This document shows, piece by piece, positions 1 to 26,139 of a DNA stretch of 64,000 bases (its first letter is position 1; every line of letters starts with the position of its first letter). Origin of the DNA: Paragordius varius (lineage: Eukaryota > Animalia > Nematomorpha); the NCBI GenBank assembly GCA_964247055.1, contig OZ176055.1:8990001-9054000 (forward strand), in the 5' to 3' direction. The translations under genes and the position numbers were made by a program. Under the pieces are notes generated by a model. The model was not told the DNA's origin. It saw nothing but the letters and a program-made list of their open reading frames with translations, and searched no databases.

Positions 1-340
1 AATGTGGAAAAATCCTTTCAGAAAGGAAATGGAATTCTTGGTTTAATATTTTTTACTGGGGGGATCAAATTTAACTGGAACTGTTTTTTTTGTTAAGGAA
101 AACTGTTCAAAACTTATAAATAGTAATATTATTTTTAAAATGTTTCCCATTATTTTTAATGGTTAATTTTGGATTTTTTCACAAAAATGATCCTATATAG
201 GTAAATATTTTTGCCTGTTACCATATTAACCCTTCTGTAAATTCTTTCGAATCTAAATTAGATATTAATCACTAAACCGCTCTTCCTTGTATTTTTATTT
301 ATATACCTTTGAAATTTAATTTAAATTTTTAAACATTAAG

Positions 341-3300
341 ATAACCCTGATGAAATTCAATCTCAACAAAGACGCAAATTATCATACGAAAAATTAGGCA
401 TCGATTGTGATAAACCTTCAACTAGTTGTCAAACAAATATGGATTTCGATGATTCCAAAACGGGCAACACAGAAAAATATTTGATATTTACTACAGGTCA
501 TTTATTTCGATTCCTCCTAATTTTATGTAGAATTTAATCAATTTTCTTCTCTCAATCGCTAAAATCCAGTAAAATATATCATAATTGTTTAGGATAGATG
601 TGTGCGAAGTTTTCCGGTTGATATTTTTGTAAATTAATTATTCTACATAGTATATGTATCATTGGAATATTTGTAAGAATATGGCCAACGCTCTACATGC
701 TCCTTATTTATGATAAACCAACCATAAATTGGTGATTTTATAGAAAAAAAATGGCGACAGCTCTTTAATCGATACTTTTTTTTTCAAACACATGAATTTG
801 TCCTCAATTTTAATTACTGTATTTATGTATTATAGGTTCGCATTCGTACGTTCCACACCAAGTAGGTTTTAAGCGAATAGCTAAAACGCTCAATTTACCG
901 AGCGTTTGGGAAAGTGTACAAAAAGCCCGATTAAATAACCTAGTTGAAAGAATTGAACACCAACTTTCAAGCTTTGATTATGATGGCGGCGGTGGTGACA
1001 TTCAACAATCAGGCGACAATTCTAATTTCTCTGCATCTCACACAACACCTAGAAACGAGGAAGAAATTCAAAATTTAATTCAACGTAAGATTTGGATTTT
1101 AAATTTTTCAAATTTAAGAAGCCGTATATTTTGAAAAAAACAGGAGGGCTAGTCAAAAAATTATTATAATTGCTTAGACTACTCACTAATATTATATATA
1201 TCTTACTTGAAATGTCATATAACTTTATCTGTGCAAAGATTTTTTATTATATCTATATAAAAATTGGTTATATCCCAAAACATAGTATATTAATTACACA
1301 ACAGTTTATGTTTAATTATGCGCCCTCAAATATTATTGCAAAACAGATTTAAAGCTATTTTTAATAGGAAAAATTAGGTTAAATTACCCTATAAAAATAA
1401 TTTCATCATGTAGTTAAAACTAAAATTCAAACGTAAAAATATAAAGACAATTTTGTTTTAAACATAACCAACCATACTTTTCAAACATATAACCTAATCT
1501 TGAAATAAGTAATCTATTTAATATATTGTAGTTTAAAACAATGCATTCATTATATTTAAAATATATGGTTGTGTCCTTTAAAAAGAATTTTGGTCTTTAT
1601 GATTTTTACGTTTTGTCGTTCGTATACAAATTCAATTTTTTTATTGTAAACCCGAATATTTTGGTGGGGGTAGATTACATTGAATTGGAATATATGTTGG
1701 ATGAACAAACCAATGCTACTAATAATAGTAGCTGTCCTTTTAACAATAATGACATTGTTCCTTCTTCTAGAATATTCTCTTCGAATGTGACGACTGCCCG
1801 TCTTATACCTCACCCCGATATCCATCCACACCCAGAAGAAGTTTGCTGTTTCAGCATTTTTGAAAAATTTTAAAAATCAAAATATATAGTAAAATTTGGG
1901 GTAAAATAGTTAAAAAAATGATTTTATTTCATTATAATCATCAATGCTGTTGTTCTTCAGAGTTGAAGGTAGCTGATTTGAGATAAGTTTTTATTGCTAT
2001 TTTCCAATTGTTTTTATTTTCCGCATCTTCTATTATTAATTTGGCCTCAGTAAGATCATCATATATAGTACAGGAGTTTAATTGAAAATTAAAAATGAAT
2101 CAAAATGGTTATTAACATGTTTATCCACATAGCTTACGGTAAAGTGCAGTGTCTAAGTTTGTATGAGCCTAAATAAGCTTTGACCTTTATATAGCATAAC
2201 GTCTTGAATGCTAAAATCAAATTTCTTTTTTGTAATAAAATCATACGTATTTTATACTAAACATTACAGTTAAAATTAAAAAAAAATTCCAAAATATATA
2301 TTATAAAGAACCATATTTTTAATGATGAACCTTAATTTTTTAATTAGGAGTGAAATGTAAATTGGTATGAAATTTAATTTTTACATAATTTGGTGTATAA
2401 GCGTGATTATATAGAAAAAAGAGCACGGATTAAAAAATAGGTTTTTTTATATAAATTTTTTTATTTTTCATGTTTTGTTAATTAATTATAAGTATTTAAA
2501 TAATATTACTATATATATATGTATACACAAAAAGAGATATTACTACAAATTAAAAGTATGTTTATACCTTAAAATAAGCTCGAATTTTACCCAATTTGAC
2601 ATCATACATTTTTATTACTTTATAAATTGGATTTTTTTATATATATGTTTTTTTCAGATGGATTTTGATAGTATTGATATGGTGCTTGAAATGCATGGCC
2701 ATATTGTTGGGTTATCATTGGACAGGGAGAATAGGTTGTTTTATGGGTTTTTTTAAAAAAGTATTATATACATATACCAAAGACTTTAATTTAATTACAA
2801 ATTCTAATTGCAGTACTACTAGGTTGCAGTACTACTAGGAAATAATACATAAACCAAAAATTTTTATGTATACCATTTACAATTCAAATCACCCTAAAAA
2901 TAGATTATGTGTTTTCCGGCTTATATAACTTATTATTCATATGAAATATATCTTTATGGCTTATTTTATTTTTCAGTAGTATTTTAATTACAAACAAAGT
3001 TTTTTATTTTAAAAATATGAAGAATAAGTAATCTTAATATATATATTAGAATGAACTTGAATTGTTCAATGATAAATTTAAAGCGTAAATGGTTTATAAA
3101 AATCAAAATAAGATTTTTTTTGGTTTTACTTTTAAAGTTCAGCCATTCTTTCTAAAATATTTAATATAGTGCATCGTTTTGCATTGAAAATACGGAATAA
3201 TGTAAATATTTTATATACCATTTGCACTTCAAGAGTGTCCTTAAACACTTCACTTTAACTCCTTAAACTTTTTAAGTTTGGAATCAACCATTAATAATGC

Positions 3301-6036
3301 ACGTATTTACTTTTAATATTATTATTTTTTAACCTAATTTTCTCCTTTTATCATATTATATATTCATATATTTTATATTAATAATGTTTATTTAAGAACC
3401 AATTTTTTGTTTCAAACTTATATCTTCAAATTCAACAATATTATTCAATCATAAATATTTTATATTGAAATGGTAATATTTAATTTTATGTCAAAATCAT
3501 ATTAAAATTAATAATATTTTATGAACATAAAGATATACGGTTTCTGAAGTCGATTAAGTAGTTAAATTAAGAGAATAGGTTCAAAATAATAAATATATTA
3601 ATGATACAACGGCTGTTTGATTGATTAAGTCAAAAATAGCTTAGTTTGTTTTGTAGGAGCAACTTAAAGTGCAAATGGTATAGGTTATGAAAAAAATCGT
3701 AAGGTTAAAACAAAATTTTTTGTCTCTTTTAAATTTTACATTTTGTTTTGCTATTATAATTTGAATGTTAATTTGTATATGCATATAGATGGTTATACGT
3801 GAATGTTAGACCATGGCCAGAAAACTGCATGTTAAGTGATCCTTTAAATCCGCCCCCCATGGCTCAACAATGTGAAATTCGAGTCATTGATATGCATACT
3901 TTAACGGTGTTGTGTTCTTTTATATTTTTATTTACTTTTTTTTTATTTTTTCCGCCTTCACAGGTAGTTTGTATAAAGACAAAAACATAAATAGCAAGAT
4001 TAATATAGTTTTTTTAGCTCTTTAGGCTCTCTTTTGTATTTTGTGGTTGTAAAATAGTGGAATAGAGTTATGAATTGGTAATATACAACAATTGCAAATT
4101 TAACAATAGAATTATAATAACATTATAAAAGTATGGATGTCTTTAGTATAAAAATAAAAACATTTTATCTATGAAGTTTTTTGTCTGTAAAATTTCGGTT
4201 TAATTTCAATTTTTGCTGTAGAATAAAGGATTAAAAGTGTTACTGCTTTGTATTTAAACACTTTGTTTTATAAATCTGCCGCCTATTATAATAGATTGTA
4301 CCAAATGTAATATACAGTTCCCATCTTGCCTATACACCCAATGATGAATGTTACTTTCTTTTCATGGATTCTTGTTCGGATTTCATTGCAAGGTGCTTAG
4401 TTTTAACACATAAAATGCCATTTCAAAATTCTAGTTGGTTTTTTATATCACACAACAAACAACGAAACTTTAGCCTATAAATTTTTTAAGAGCCATATTT
4501 TAGGAAATTAAACAATTGATAACTTATATGACTGAGATTTGATGGAATATGGGGTCAAGAAAATAATAACCCGCGTAACACATTTTAAGTCTACCTAATT
4601 TTGCTACAAGAAAAATATAAAGCTTTCATAATTATGATTAGTTACAATTTATTACGACACTGTTTTACAGTTAAAATTGAAATTATACGGATAAAATGCA
4701 AAAATTTAATGACAAATTGTTATAAACTGCAAAAGAAATTGTGATGTATATTGGTAACACAACCAATTTAATATCAACAAATTAAGGTTTGAAAATGTAT
4801 GATTGTGTTTTAGAAAAAAATATTTTATATTTTTACGTTTTATCGTCTATATTTGTCAGTTTTTACTGTAAAATTTACTTTTTAATACATATTTTACGTT
4901 TCAACTTATGTTTCAAATTTATCTACATCTTGTCTTTTCTACTAGTGGTTCTGAAAACAAAAACGCCTATATATGGGATAAAAGTAGCAACAACACTAAT
5001 TTATGTGTGGCTAAATTAAGGCATCGCAGTGTTGTTAATTGTGTTGCATTTTGTCCAACTGACCCGGAAATTTGTATTTCTGTGGGCAATGACCATGAAA
5101 TAAAGGTATATATTATTATCTTACTTATGTCTTTAATTTACTTTTTATCGTATAAAAATAAAATCATTACAATTGAATTATTAGATTTTTAATTTCAATA
5201 ATATATATATAATTTATTTATATATATATTATTCCATAAATATGGTTAAAATGATTATTATTATTAATAAAAGCTTTTTACATTATTTTAAGTTTAATTT
5301 GACGGTGTCAAAATACTTTAAAGCTACCATTTTATCAGGGAAAATTGGTTTATTTGCAGCTTATGAGTTTATATACGCCTATTATAAAATCTCATAATGC
5401 GTATGTTTATTACAGTTGAAATTAAAATTATATACAGATAAAATTAAAAACATATATAGACAATATTATTTATCAAAAAGACCTCTATAAACTTTTTGCA
5501 TTTCCATATAACGTATTAAATTTAAATTGTAAAATATATATACCGATCTGTATTTCTTACTTTGCAATTCAAAACAATGTTGTATTAAAAAAAGTAAGGG
5601 TTAAAAAGTAAGTACAACAGTTTTTTAAATGGGATATTTGTATTGTTGAAAGACGTTTTTTTCTGTATATTCCCAATTTTAACTATATTTGTATAAGTAA
5701 AAATTGAAATTAGAAAGAAACATAATAATTGAATATCTTCATAAAGTCAACTAACTATATTAGTTTAATCTTATTTTTCTCTAACATTTCGTTTTCTGTT
5801 GCAACATAAAAAATAGAGATGTGGATTTGTCAGACATCCAATATATATTTCTAAATTGTAATCATGGTAAGTAGGTATAATAAGTGAAAATTAAAGAAAT
5901 TAGGCTTTTTAAGTTTACCTCTTTATCCATTATTTTTACTGTATTTTATGTGATTTAGATTTGGGTTTCACGAAGGAAATATGCAAAGCTTAGACATCAT
6001 AACTCATTAGAGCCCATCTCATCTTACTTAACATGA
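341..6036 (+). CDS. FBXW5: F-box/WD-repeat protein 5, 3' portion (5' end lies upstream of or at the start of the window)
   Basis: Exons 341-496, 836-1084, 1674-1840, 2658-2734, 3789-3906, 4295-4392, 4946-5105, 5959-6036 have GT-AG ends and compatible phases. They read EKYLIFTTGSHSYVPHQVGFKRI...FDSIDMVLEMHGHIVGLSLDRENRWLYVNVRPWP...PPPMAQQCEIRVIDM...HLAYTPNDECYFLFMDSCSDFIASGSENKNAYIWDK...LRHRSVVNCVAFCP...HEIKIW, collinear with the FBXW5 C-terminus as I recall it (KYLIFTTG, PHQIGIK, HGHIIG, AYTPNDECFFIFLD, ASGAED, H.DVVNSV.F). Exon 1674-1840 is the least certain. Confidence 0.9.
3216..3680. mobile_element. MITE with TACCATTTGCACTT TIRs, related termini to the 21-mer family
   Basis: TACCATTTGCACTTCAAG...CTTAAAGTGCAAATGGTA flanked by TA; degenerate sibling at ~6387-6840. 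Confidence 0.75.
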
Positions 6037-7539
6037 ACCAAATATGAATTTTACCCAAATAATACCTAGCAAAAATTTGTTATAAATTATTTTTATTTAT
6101 TTAAATATTTGTTAATTATTAGATATAGTATTTAGTAGAATTAATATGATAGTAATTTATTGTTAATAAAGCTATTTTACAATATCTCGTGTTTAAATTA
6201 AGATAATATCCAACTATGCATATGTAACTAAATTTCAAATATAATAATTAGAGAAATGTCGTTTAGAGAAATTATAAAGCTAAAAAGTCAATAGAGTTTA
6301 TTTATTAAACAATTAAACTAAAAAATATCATATTTTGTGCCGTTATGGGTGCTTATATAAGTTGTATGTTAAAACATTTGCATTATACTATTTGAAATTG
6401 AAGAGTGTCCTTAAACACTTATTTGGTCCTTAAATATTTCAAGTGTCCTAGAACACTTCAAGTTGTTAGTTAAATTTTTTATTGATTTAAACCCAATTTT
6501 ATTTATTTATATAAATTTTTACAATTAAAAATAAAATTTATAACTTATTTTTTCCAATTAAATAAAATTATAAACTTATAAGTGTGTTTAATAAAAAATT
6601 GGAAATAAAAAATACAAAAAACATTAATTTAGGTGCTTTATAAATATTCAAAATAATTTTCAAGATATATGGTTTTTTGAATGATCAAAAGTCGATAATG
6701 ATCTTGATGTTAAATAAAAAAAATAGATAAAAAATAATTAAATAGGTGAATATACACGATTTGATTGATAATAGTTAAAAAGAAAACAAAAAAATTTTAG
6801 GACCAATTTGAAGTGTTCAAGTACACTTTTAAAATCGGTATACATCCAAATATTATTAAATTTACATAATATAATTATGAATGTATAACTATTTTGCATG
6901 ATCACAATTACTATAAAATAACCAACAAATATATATTAGCATTAACTCAAAATAAAGTTCTATCACAGGGGTGTTCAACACAAATATCTTCGCTGCTCCT
7001 TTAAAAAATAATTGTAAATTTTAGATAATGCATCCAAAGAATCGTATATTTTGATTAAATTCAATTTCATATATTTTAACATTTTTTAGAGCACTTTTGA
7101 ATACCGAAAAAGTGGACATGCTTGGTTTTAAAAATATGGATATTCTTATATAAACATATTTACCTAAAGTTTTTACGTTTTGTCTATACTTTCAATTTTT
7201 AAGAAATATATAGAGGTGCAATCAACATAAGATGGTTTTAGTTTTAATTTGTAAAATATATCTTGCCAATAACTTTGCTATTGGTTGTAAATATATTAAT
7301 GTTCTAAAAAATTTAAGGGTATTAAAATCGCTATCTTGAATTGACCTTTGACAGACACGAAAATTTGATTAAAAATAACCTTACCATATCTCAATATATT
7401 ATATATGATTAAAGTATTTATTTGTTTGTGTATGATATAGTAATCCCATTTTTGGGATGATGGATAATAAAACATTAATTGAATGATTGCCTATAACAAA
7501 ATTTTTTTGTAAATAAGTATTTTGAGTTAGAGAGGTATA

Positions 7540-9340
7540 TTGGTGACGGGTGGGTGTAAAACTTAATATACGTAACATTAAGACAGTTGCATCAAAATCA
7601 GTTCAAGTCTAACAATAAACCGACCGGTAAGATCTGTTTCAAATTGGTTCTCACCCAAAACAACCAATATTTCAAACTCCATCTATCCTAATGCTGAAAA
7701 ATGGTGGTTTTGGTTACGGATGGATGTAAAACTTAATATACTATAATCATTAAGACAGTTTCATCAAAATCAGTTGTCCAAGTATTACATTAAACCGTCC
7801 GGCAAAATCTGTTTCAAAGTGGTTCTAACTCAAAACAACCACCCCAACCTCCATCTATCCTAATACTGAAAAGTGGTGGTTTCGGTAACGGATGGATGTA
7901 AATCTACCTTTACATCAAAACACCCAATGCTTTAAGACATTTTCCTTTTGATATAACCACCACTTTTCAGTATTAGGATAGATGGAGTTTGGAATGTTGA
8001 TTGTTTTGGCTTAGAACCAATTTGAAACAGATTTTCCCGGACGGTTTAATGTAAGAGTTGGACAACTGATTTTGATGCAACTGTCTTAATGAGTAAAATA
8101 TTTGTTTTTAAGGGATAATAAATAATTTAGGCCCTTATTTAACTCACATACTCTCATAGGTTTTCTGAAATTTGGCTATAAAGGCATGCTGTATCGATAT
8201 GGTAACGCAGTTTTACGCTGGTAGCCCCCTAACCAGGGGCAAGACAAAAAAAGCTCGATTAAAATTTTTTCCTTAATTCGGGTAATATCTGGAATCATTG
8301 ATTCCATATACTCTCGTGAAAATTTCGAAAATCCTATATGGTGGCGCATTCTGGGCAAGGGCTCAATTAAAGGGTAAATTAATAAAACCGCTCTTTTGCC
8401 TTTTTACGGTTAATTTTTCAAGCCCTTATTGAACTCATATGGCCTGATAAGTTTGCTAAAATTTGCCTCCAAAGTCACGCTATCGATATGGTGGCGCAGT
8501 TGTTGGCGGGTAGCCCCCTACCCAGAGGTCAATATAGAAATGACGTTGATTAAAAATTTTGCCTTTATACGGGAATACCTGGAATCATTCATTCCATATG
8601 TTTTTAATAGTTTTTGGAAGAATGTTTTCAAAACTAAATAAAAGTTTAATGATAGCGCATTTTTTAGGACGTAAAAGGCCTAATTAAGGGCTATTTAATA
8701 AAAACCGCTCGTAAATTTTTGCCTTTGTACGGGTAATATTTCAGACAATTATTAAACATATGGCCTGATAATTTTTCTAAAAATTAACTCCTAAACAAGG
8801 CAATTTCAATGCGGAGGCGCAGTTTTAGGCGGGTAGCTCCCTAGCCAGAAGATGATGCAAAAAAAGCGTTTGATTAAAAGTTTTGGAGAGAATACCTGGT
8901 ATCATGATTGAATACATATGCCCTTATTAGTTTTTGGAAAGCCTCAAAAGTGAAAAATCATTCTATGGTGGAGCATTTTTTAGGTCGTTGAAGGTTTAAT
9001 TAACGCTAATTTAAAAAACCTAGGGTAAAAAGAGGGCCTAAATTAAAACAGCCGACTATGTTCGGCGCAATCAAAAATAAGTAAAAAATAATAAATATGC
9101 AACACGTTTTCTGAAAAATTGTCTCAAAAAGACACGAATTTTGTGGACTAAACCCGTTTTTTACACGGTAGGTGCCCGAACTGAAGGCCTAATTCAAAAA
9201 AAAGCGAAGCCATTGTCGTGGCATTCATCAATGATTATATTTTTTCGACATTTAGATTTGAATGAGTCTACCGGTTTTCCAGAAACAGATCCCAAAGCCA
9301 GCATTTATCGTTTCTATAAATATATAGATTATCTAAAGAA
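7540..9340. repeat. Composite repeat: 170-bp direct and inverted units, three ~300-bp tandem units, and a 330-bp segment shared with 30720-31050
   Basis: The unit GGATGTAAAACTTAATATAC...CTCCATCTATCCTAATACTGAAAAGTGGTGGTT occurs twice direct (7546-7900) and once inverted (~7955-8092). GCAGTT..GGTAGCCCCCT recurs at ~8208, ~8496 and ~8819. Confidence 0.75.
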
Positions 9341-12300
9341 ATCCAGCCAAAATGATAAACATTGATCTGAAATGAACACAACATATTGGAGCTTACTTTT
9401 TATAAACCGTATAAATCGGATTGGTATAAGCTTTTTACTAAATGACTCAATTTTAAAATAATGGTTAGCAGATTATATATATAAAATGAAAAAAACAACA
9501 ATATTTAGATTAATCAATGTTGATTAATGAAGATTAAATTTAAACATAATTATTAGATCGAGGCCTTAAATTTATTCAGCCAAAATCAGGAGACTTTTCA
9601 TTTAAAATCAACACTTTTTAATCCTATATTTAAATTCATTTTAAAAGTTTAATAACTATGAATATACCCTTAAATTTTAATTTTCTTATTTTTGAAGTTT
9701 TAAACTCATACTTTTTAAACTTTATTTATAATCATTTTAAAAATTTTATTACTATATGCATTTTCCCTTAAAATTATTTTTTATTTTTTGAAGTTTTAAT
9801 CAAAATATTTAATCTTTTGCATCATAAATATATGTTAATTTAAAAGAGCTTTATTGAACAATTAACATTTATGTAATTTAATACATCAAATACAAATATA
9901 AGCAAGATTTGGTGATTATAAATGCTTAAAAAATATTTATTAATTAAGTTTTAGTTGATTAAAAATAAGTTTTTGCTTGGAAAAATGTGGGTCTAATTAG
10001 AAAAAGCGTTGTTTGTTTTATAAAAGTATTTATATTTAACATATTCTTATCGTACAAATTTAGCTACCCTACTTAAAATGACGCCATCCCCAATGAGTTT
10101 AGCTCATAAAAAATAATATTTATGCTCATTTATCATTTCTTTTTGGGATATTATCTTAAATCATAGTTTTGTGGGAAAACACCTTTGTTGTCTCTAAAAA
10201 CTGGACCTAATTTTAACAAATATTTGAAATGTTTATGATGATAAACATAAGGTAATCCCTTTTTAATATAATGATTGCAAAGAATTTTTACCAAAATATG
10301 GGAAAATTGCAATATGAATATATGGGAACAACCCACAAATGATATAGGGCCACACTGATGACACTGCAAACAAGTACACACTTGTGAAGAAAGATTATAT
10401 TCAATTTGATTTTAATTTAACCCTTTTCATCATTATTTTTAACTTTAGTAAATATTTTTCGATTCAATATCAAATTGATCAATACTTTAGTTTGATGGGA
10501 TGATTGAAAAAGCTTGGGGCATAACATTTAAACATTTGCGAAAGCGATGATTGGAGGATGTGTTTTAATTTTTTAATCGTATCTATGTAGTTTGCGGAGC
10601 CCGGGACAAAAAACTCTTAGAGCGCCCCCCGCCTCTTTTTAAAAGCCACTTTTAGAACATTTCAACATAAACACTATAGATACGAGAGCACGGTCATATA
10701 AAATTTAATTCTAGTATATTTTAAAAAAGCGACATTATTAATTTATACAGATATATATAGGGCTAATTACTTATTGTATAATTGTAGTTTTAATCTCTAT
10801 TTATTGGATCAATAACTAGGGTTCCAGGTGTATTTAAGTTGTTATTATTAAAGGGTACCGGTTTGTGTCGCATACACTTTTTTAATGTTATTATAGTCAG
10901 ATATTTTCGTTAAATAAGATTTTATAATTATTCGCATTTTATTTGTTTTATATTCTCTTCCTGGATTTTTCGTTTTTGCACCGCTGCGTTTAGGCATTGA
11001 TATCTGATAAAAATGAAAGTAATCATAAAAAATACAAGGCTATATTAATAATAAAAACCTACCTTGTTAGAGATGGAATATCTTGGGGATTAAAATAAAT
11101 AAAATTGGGTTTCGAAATTGATATAATTAAAATAAAGCTATTATAAATTATAAGAATAAGAGATAAGGTTTTAAACAGAGTCAGAGGTTAAAATAATTAA
11201 ATTATAGGCAATAAAAGAATAACAATATGTGCCTGATAAAGAAACGTTTTTTAAGCGAAAAAAAGTTTGCACATGTTGAAGGGATTACCTACATGAAAGT
11301 TGTTTTTTGCATAATGTTTGCTCTTGATCTCATTTATATAATTTTTATATCACAGTAGCGTATGGCTAAAACATTGTTAGTGCAAAATAGGATAAAAAAC
11401 ACTTTTTTTATAAAAAACAGGGGGATATTATGGAAAGTTTATACAAAATTAGGGGATCTTGGTATATGTAAAATGTGCATATTTGGATTTTTAAATTGCG
11501 ATAGATAAATGTAAAAATATTATTGAAACATAATTTCCCAGATTTTTGATAAAAATTATATTTACGTTTTATGGTACAAATTAGGTTAATAATAGGGTAT
11601 ATATTTTAGGAATTATAACGTAAATTGCTGAACAATCTCATTAGAAAGTTCTTATTATTTTTGCATAATTAAAATTTAATTTTAATATTCATTTGGGCGC
11701 CCCTAAATAACGGCACCCGGGGCATGATGCACCCCCTTGCTCCCCCCCTTCCTCGGTACGCCCCTGATTCAAAAGGAGTAAACATTTTTCAGGATCATCG
11801 TTTTACAGTCTCAAATTTATTAAGAGGCAGTGTAGTTTACCATGCGTCCTAAAAACTGCTTTAAAAGATTACTTGTGGATTTTGGAAAATCCCTATTTTC
11901 ACAGGGGATGGTTGGAACATAGAGGCTATTTTTTAAAATAACTCAACCACCGGAGTATTGATAATTGAACAAAAAAAATATTTTTAGTTTGAATGGGTTT
12001 ACATATCCGGTTAATGTGAATGAATCAAACGCTAATTTCTACATCATTTCATAAATATATAGATATACAGTAAAAATTGAAATTATACGGACAAAACGTA
12101 AAAATATAAAGACAAAATATTTTTTCAAAAGACAATTATACTTTTTTGAACCTTAATTTAACTTATTAAAAATTAGTAACAATCATAAAATATGTAAAAA
12201 ATTTGTTACTAATATAAATCTCTATTGCATACTTTGGCGCTTAAAACAATATTTTACAGATAAAAAAAATCAAGATTTATATAATATGGTTGTATTTTAG

Positions 12301-12719
12301 AAAAAAATATTTATCTTTATATTTTTCCTTTTGTCCGAATTATAAATTTTACTGTAAGTGTCCTGAGCAAATAGGGCATTTCGAAAAAAAAACTTTGCGA
12401 TATTCTTTAAATATCTGGGATTCCACGCATTCTCGACCAACACATATAGGAGATGTTGTTTCCACTGATCATAAAAAAAGGTTTTTTTTGCATAAAACTT
12501 GCTTTCTTGGGTTAGAACTAAACATGAAACAAATTATAAAAAGTATATCCACGATGATCGGTGCATTTTTTAATGTCATTATATGTTTAAGGTCACTACA
12601 TTTGAATGGGGTTACATGCCCGACCGGAAATTGTTTGATAAACACACATTTATTTGTATAAAAAGCGCATTTTAAGGGAAATGCCAAAAAGCCTAAGCTT
12701 ATAGCGCTGAAGGTGATTT

Positions 12720-13400
12720 GTAGAAACGGTAGGCATTCTAGACAGGAACAGTGATCCAGAAAGTGTTTGGTCTCAGGTGGCAAAAAAAATAGGAGAGTCG
12801 GGAGTTAAGATGTGCGGAATGAAAGGTGGCAGAAATTAGGTTTATAGAGAGGGTTGGCTGAAAGACGAAAAAATAATTCTGAAATCGCGAGAGAAAAGAG
12901 CTTTTAAAATGTGGAGGTTTACCCACCAAGTAGAAGACAAGGAAAAATATAAAAGGATTAATAAGGAACTTAAAAGGCTTGTAAGATTGGTCAAAAAAAG
13001 ACGGAATCATTATATGAAGAGTTAAACAGTAAGCAAGGTCTAAACAAAGTTTTTAAAATTGCTCGACAAAGAAACAGAAGAAAGCTGGACTTGCCCCCTT
13101 ACGCGATAGCTATTAAAGATAAAAACGGCAAATTACTCGTTGAGGCAGCGAAAATATTGAAAAGGTGGAAAGAATATTTCCAGGACCTTGAATTGGACGT
13201 CAGTGAAACAAGTTTACCCGAAACACCAGATTATAAATCTGCGCATATTGAAAGTATAACAAAAGATGAAGTCCAGGCTGGTTTAGAAGAGATGTCAATA
13301 AATAAGGCTGCAGGTCCAGACGATAATATCATAAACTGTTAGAAAATATTGTCAGAGAAAGGTATTGAATTTTTGGCGGATATTTTTAATAATGTTTTGC
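12720..13400 (+). mobile_element. Decayed RTE-clade LINE fragment (linker and RT N-terminus)
   Basis: GKLLVEAAKILKRWKEYFQDL...ITKDEVQAGLEEMSINKAAGPDD, with in-frame stops; same family as 58300-59260. Confidence 0.8.
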
Positions 13401-14761
13401 ACTTATATAACATTATTAAACCGAAATATATAAAAATATTGTTCAAAAATACTTGATATTACTTATTTAAGCTAAAACCGAAAGGTAAAAATTTCGTCAA
13501 CGTGACATGTGTCAAATTGTAAAATTAAAAAATAATATAAGATAAACCGCTTTTTCTATTTCTATCAATATTAGATGTAATTTATGTAAAAATAGCTTTA
13601 GTTTTACCCTTAAAATTAAATGAAGACGATATTTTGCAAAAATTATGTATAATAAAAATGGCGTTGAAGTAGTTTGAGATGGAACTTTTTTTCAAAACAA
13701 AATTTTATCAAGATATTTTGGCATATTTATATTATTTTTATCAGGATAGAAGCATAAATTTAAATTGGTACCGTTTCCTTCAGCATTTTTTAAAAATATT
13801 AATTTAAATTTAGTCTGGGGTATTTAGACAACCCAATTTGAATCAAAGTGTTAATATTGCCGTTCATCAAAAGTCATTTTGAATTAATATTTTTTTATAT
13901 ATTGTAGTAATTTTATATAAGTTTAAACTTTTGGAACTAATATACACCTATTTGATTTTAGACGTTCTGTGTTTAATACTGTCCCAATTCGTATTGAGTC
14001 TACAAATTTTTTGAAAAATAGGTGTTATTATTACGCTAATATTAAAGCAATTTTTATATTATAACATATAATATTTAAAGAACCTCATTAAGTTGTTGCC
14101 TTATTTTTATTTAGCTAATATATGTTAGAAGTAAATTTTTACTTTGAGGTTTCTACATAAAATATGTAATATCAAGTTTTGTGGATGAATTATTTCATAT
14201 TTCGGTTCATCACTGTTTAAGTGCAAATTTTTTGAAATGGTGTCAATTTATTCCAGATTTTTAAAAATATTCATTTATGCAGGCTTGAGGTCCCCAAAGA
14301 CCCCAATTAGATCGGAGTAAAATGAATTTGTGTATTCAAGTGTTAATATTATTAAGTGGTTGATTTACAAATTTAGTCTGAATTAAAACCCCTTAAATGT
14401 ATAATCAACCAAAAAATTGGTATGTGTGCGATATAATAAAATGAATTTTACATATTTTAGATACAATACAGCCAGCCTTGTAATTTAAAGTTTATACGTG
14501 CGACTACCAGGGGTAATAATAACTTATAAGTTATAATAGTTTTAGTAATTACTTTTTATCTAAGCTTATATTAAGATATGTTTGCAACCTAAAATTATTT
14601 TTTACAAAATGCTTATAGTTTTCAATTTTTAAAAATTAATGTGCATTGCTTGTAAAATTTATATCAAAATAATAAATACATTTACATAACTATATACCAC
14701 ATACGCCCCGTAATATGATATAATTGCATGCATAAATTGCACATGTATTTAAAATTTTGAA

Positions 14762-26075
<11,314 letters not shown>

Positions 26076-26139
26076 GATTGATTTCATATGTGTCACATTT
26101 TTTACATATACATGATACCTCTATTATTTATTAATAAAT

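Noticed and set aside
1-40. Possible additional FBXW5 exon at the window start
   Set aside because: It is truncated by the window edge, and I could not assign a frame or homology.
2808-2839. Perfect 16-bp tandem duplication TTGCAGTACTACTAGG
   Set aside because: An isolated intronic slippage or excision footprint with no associated structure.
8176-9365. ORFs at 8176-8358, 8429-8641, 9141-9365 and 30805-31116
   Set aside because: They fall in degenerate non-coding repeat units; homologous copies do not preserve frame.
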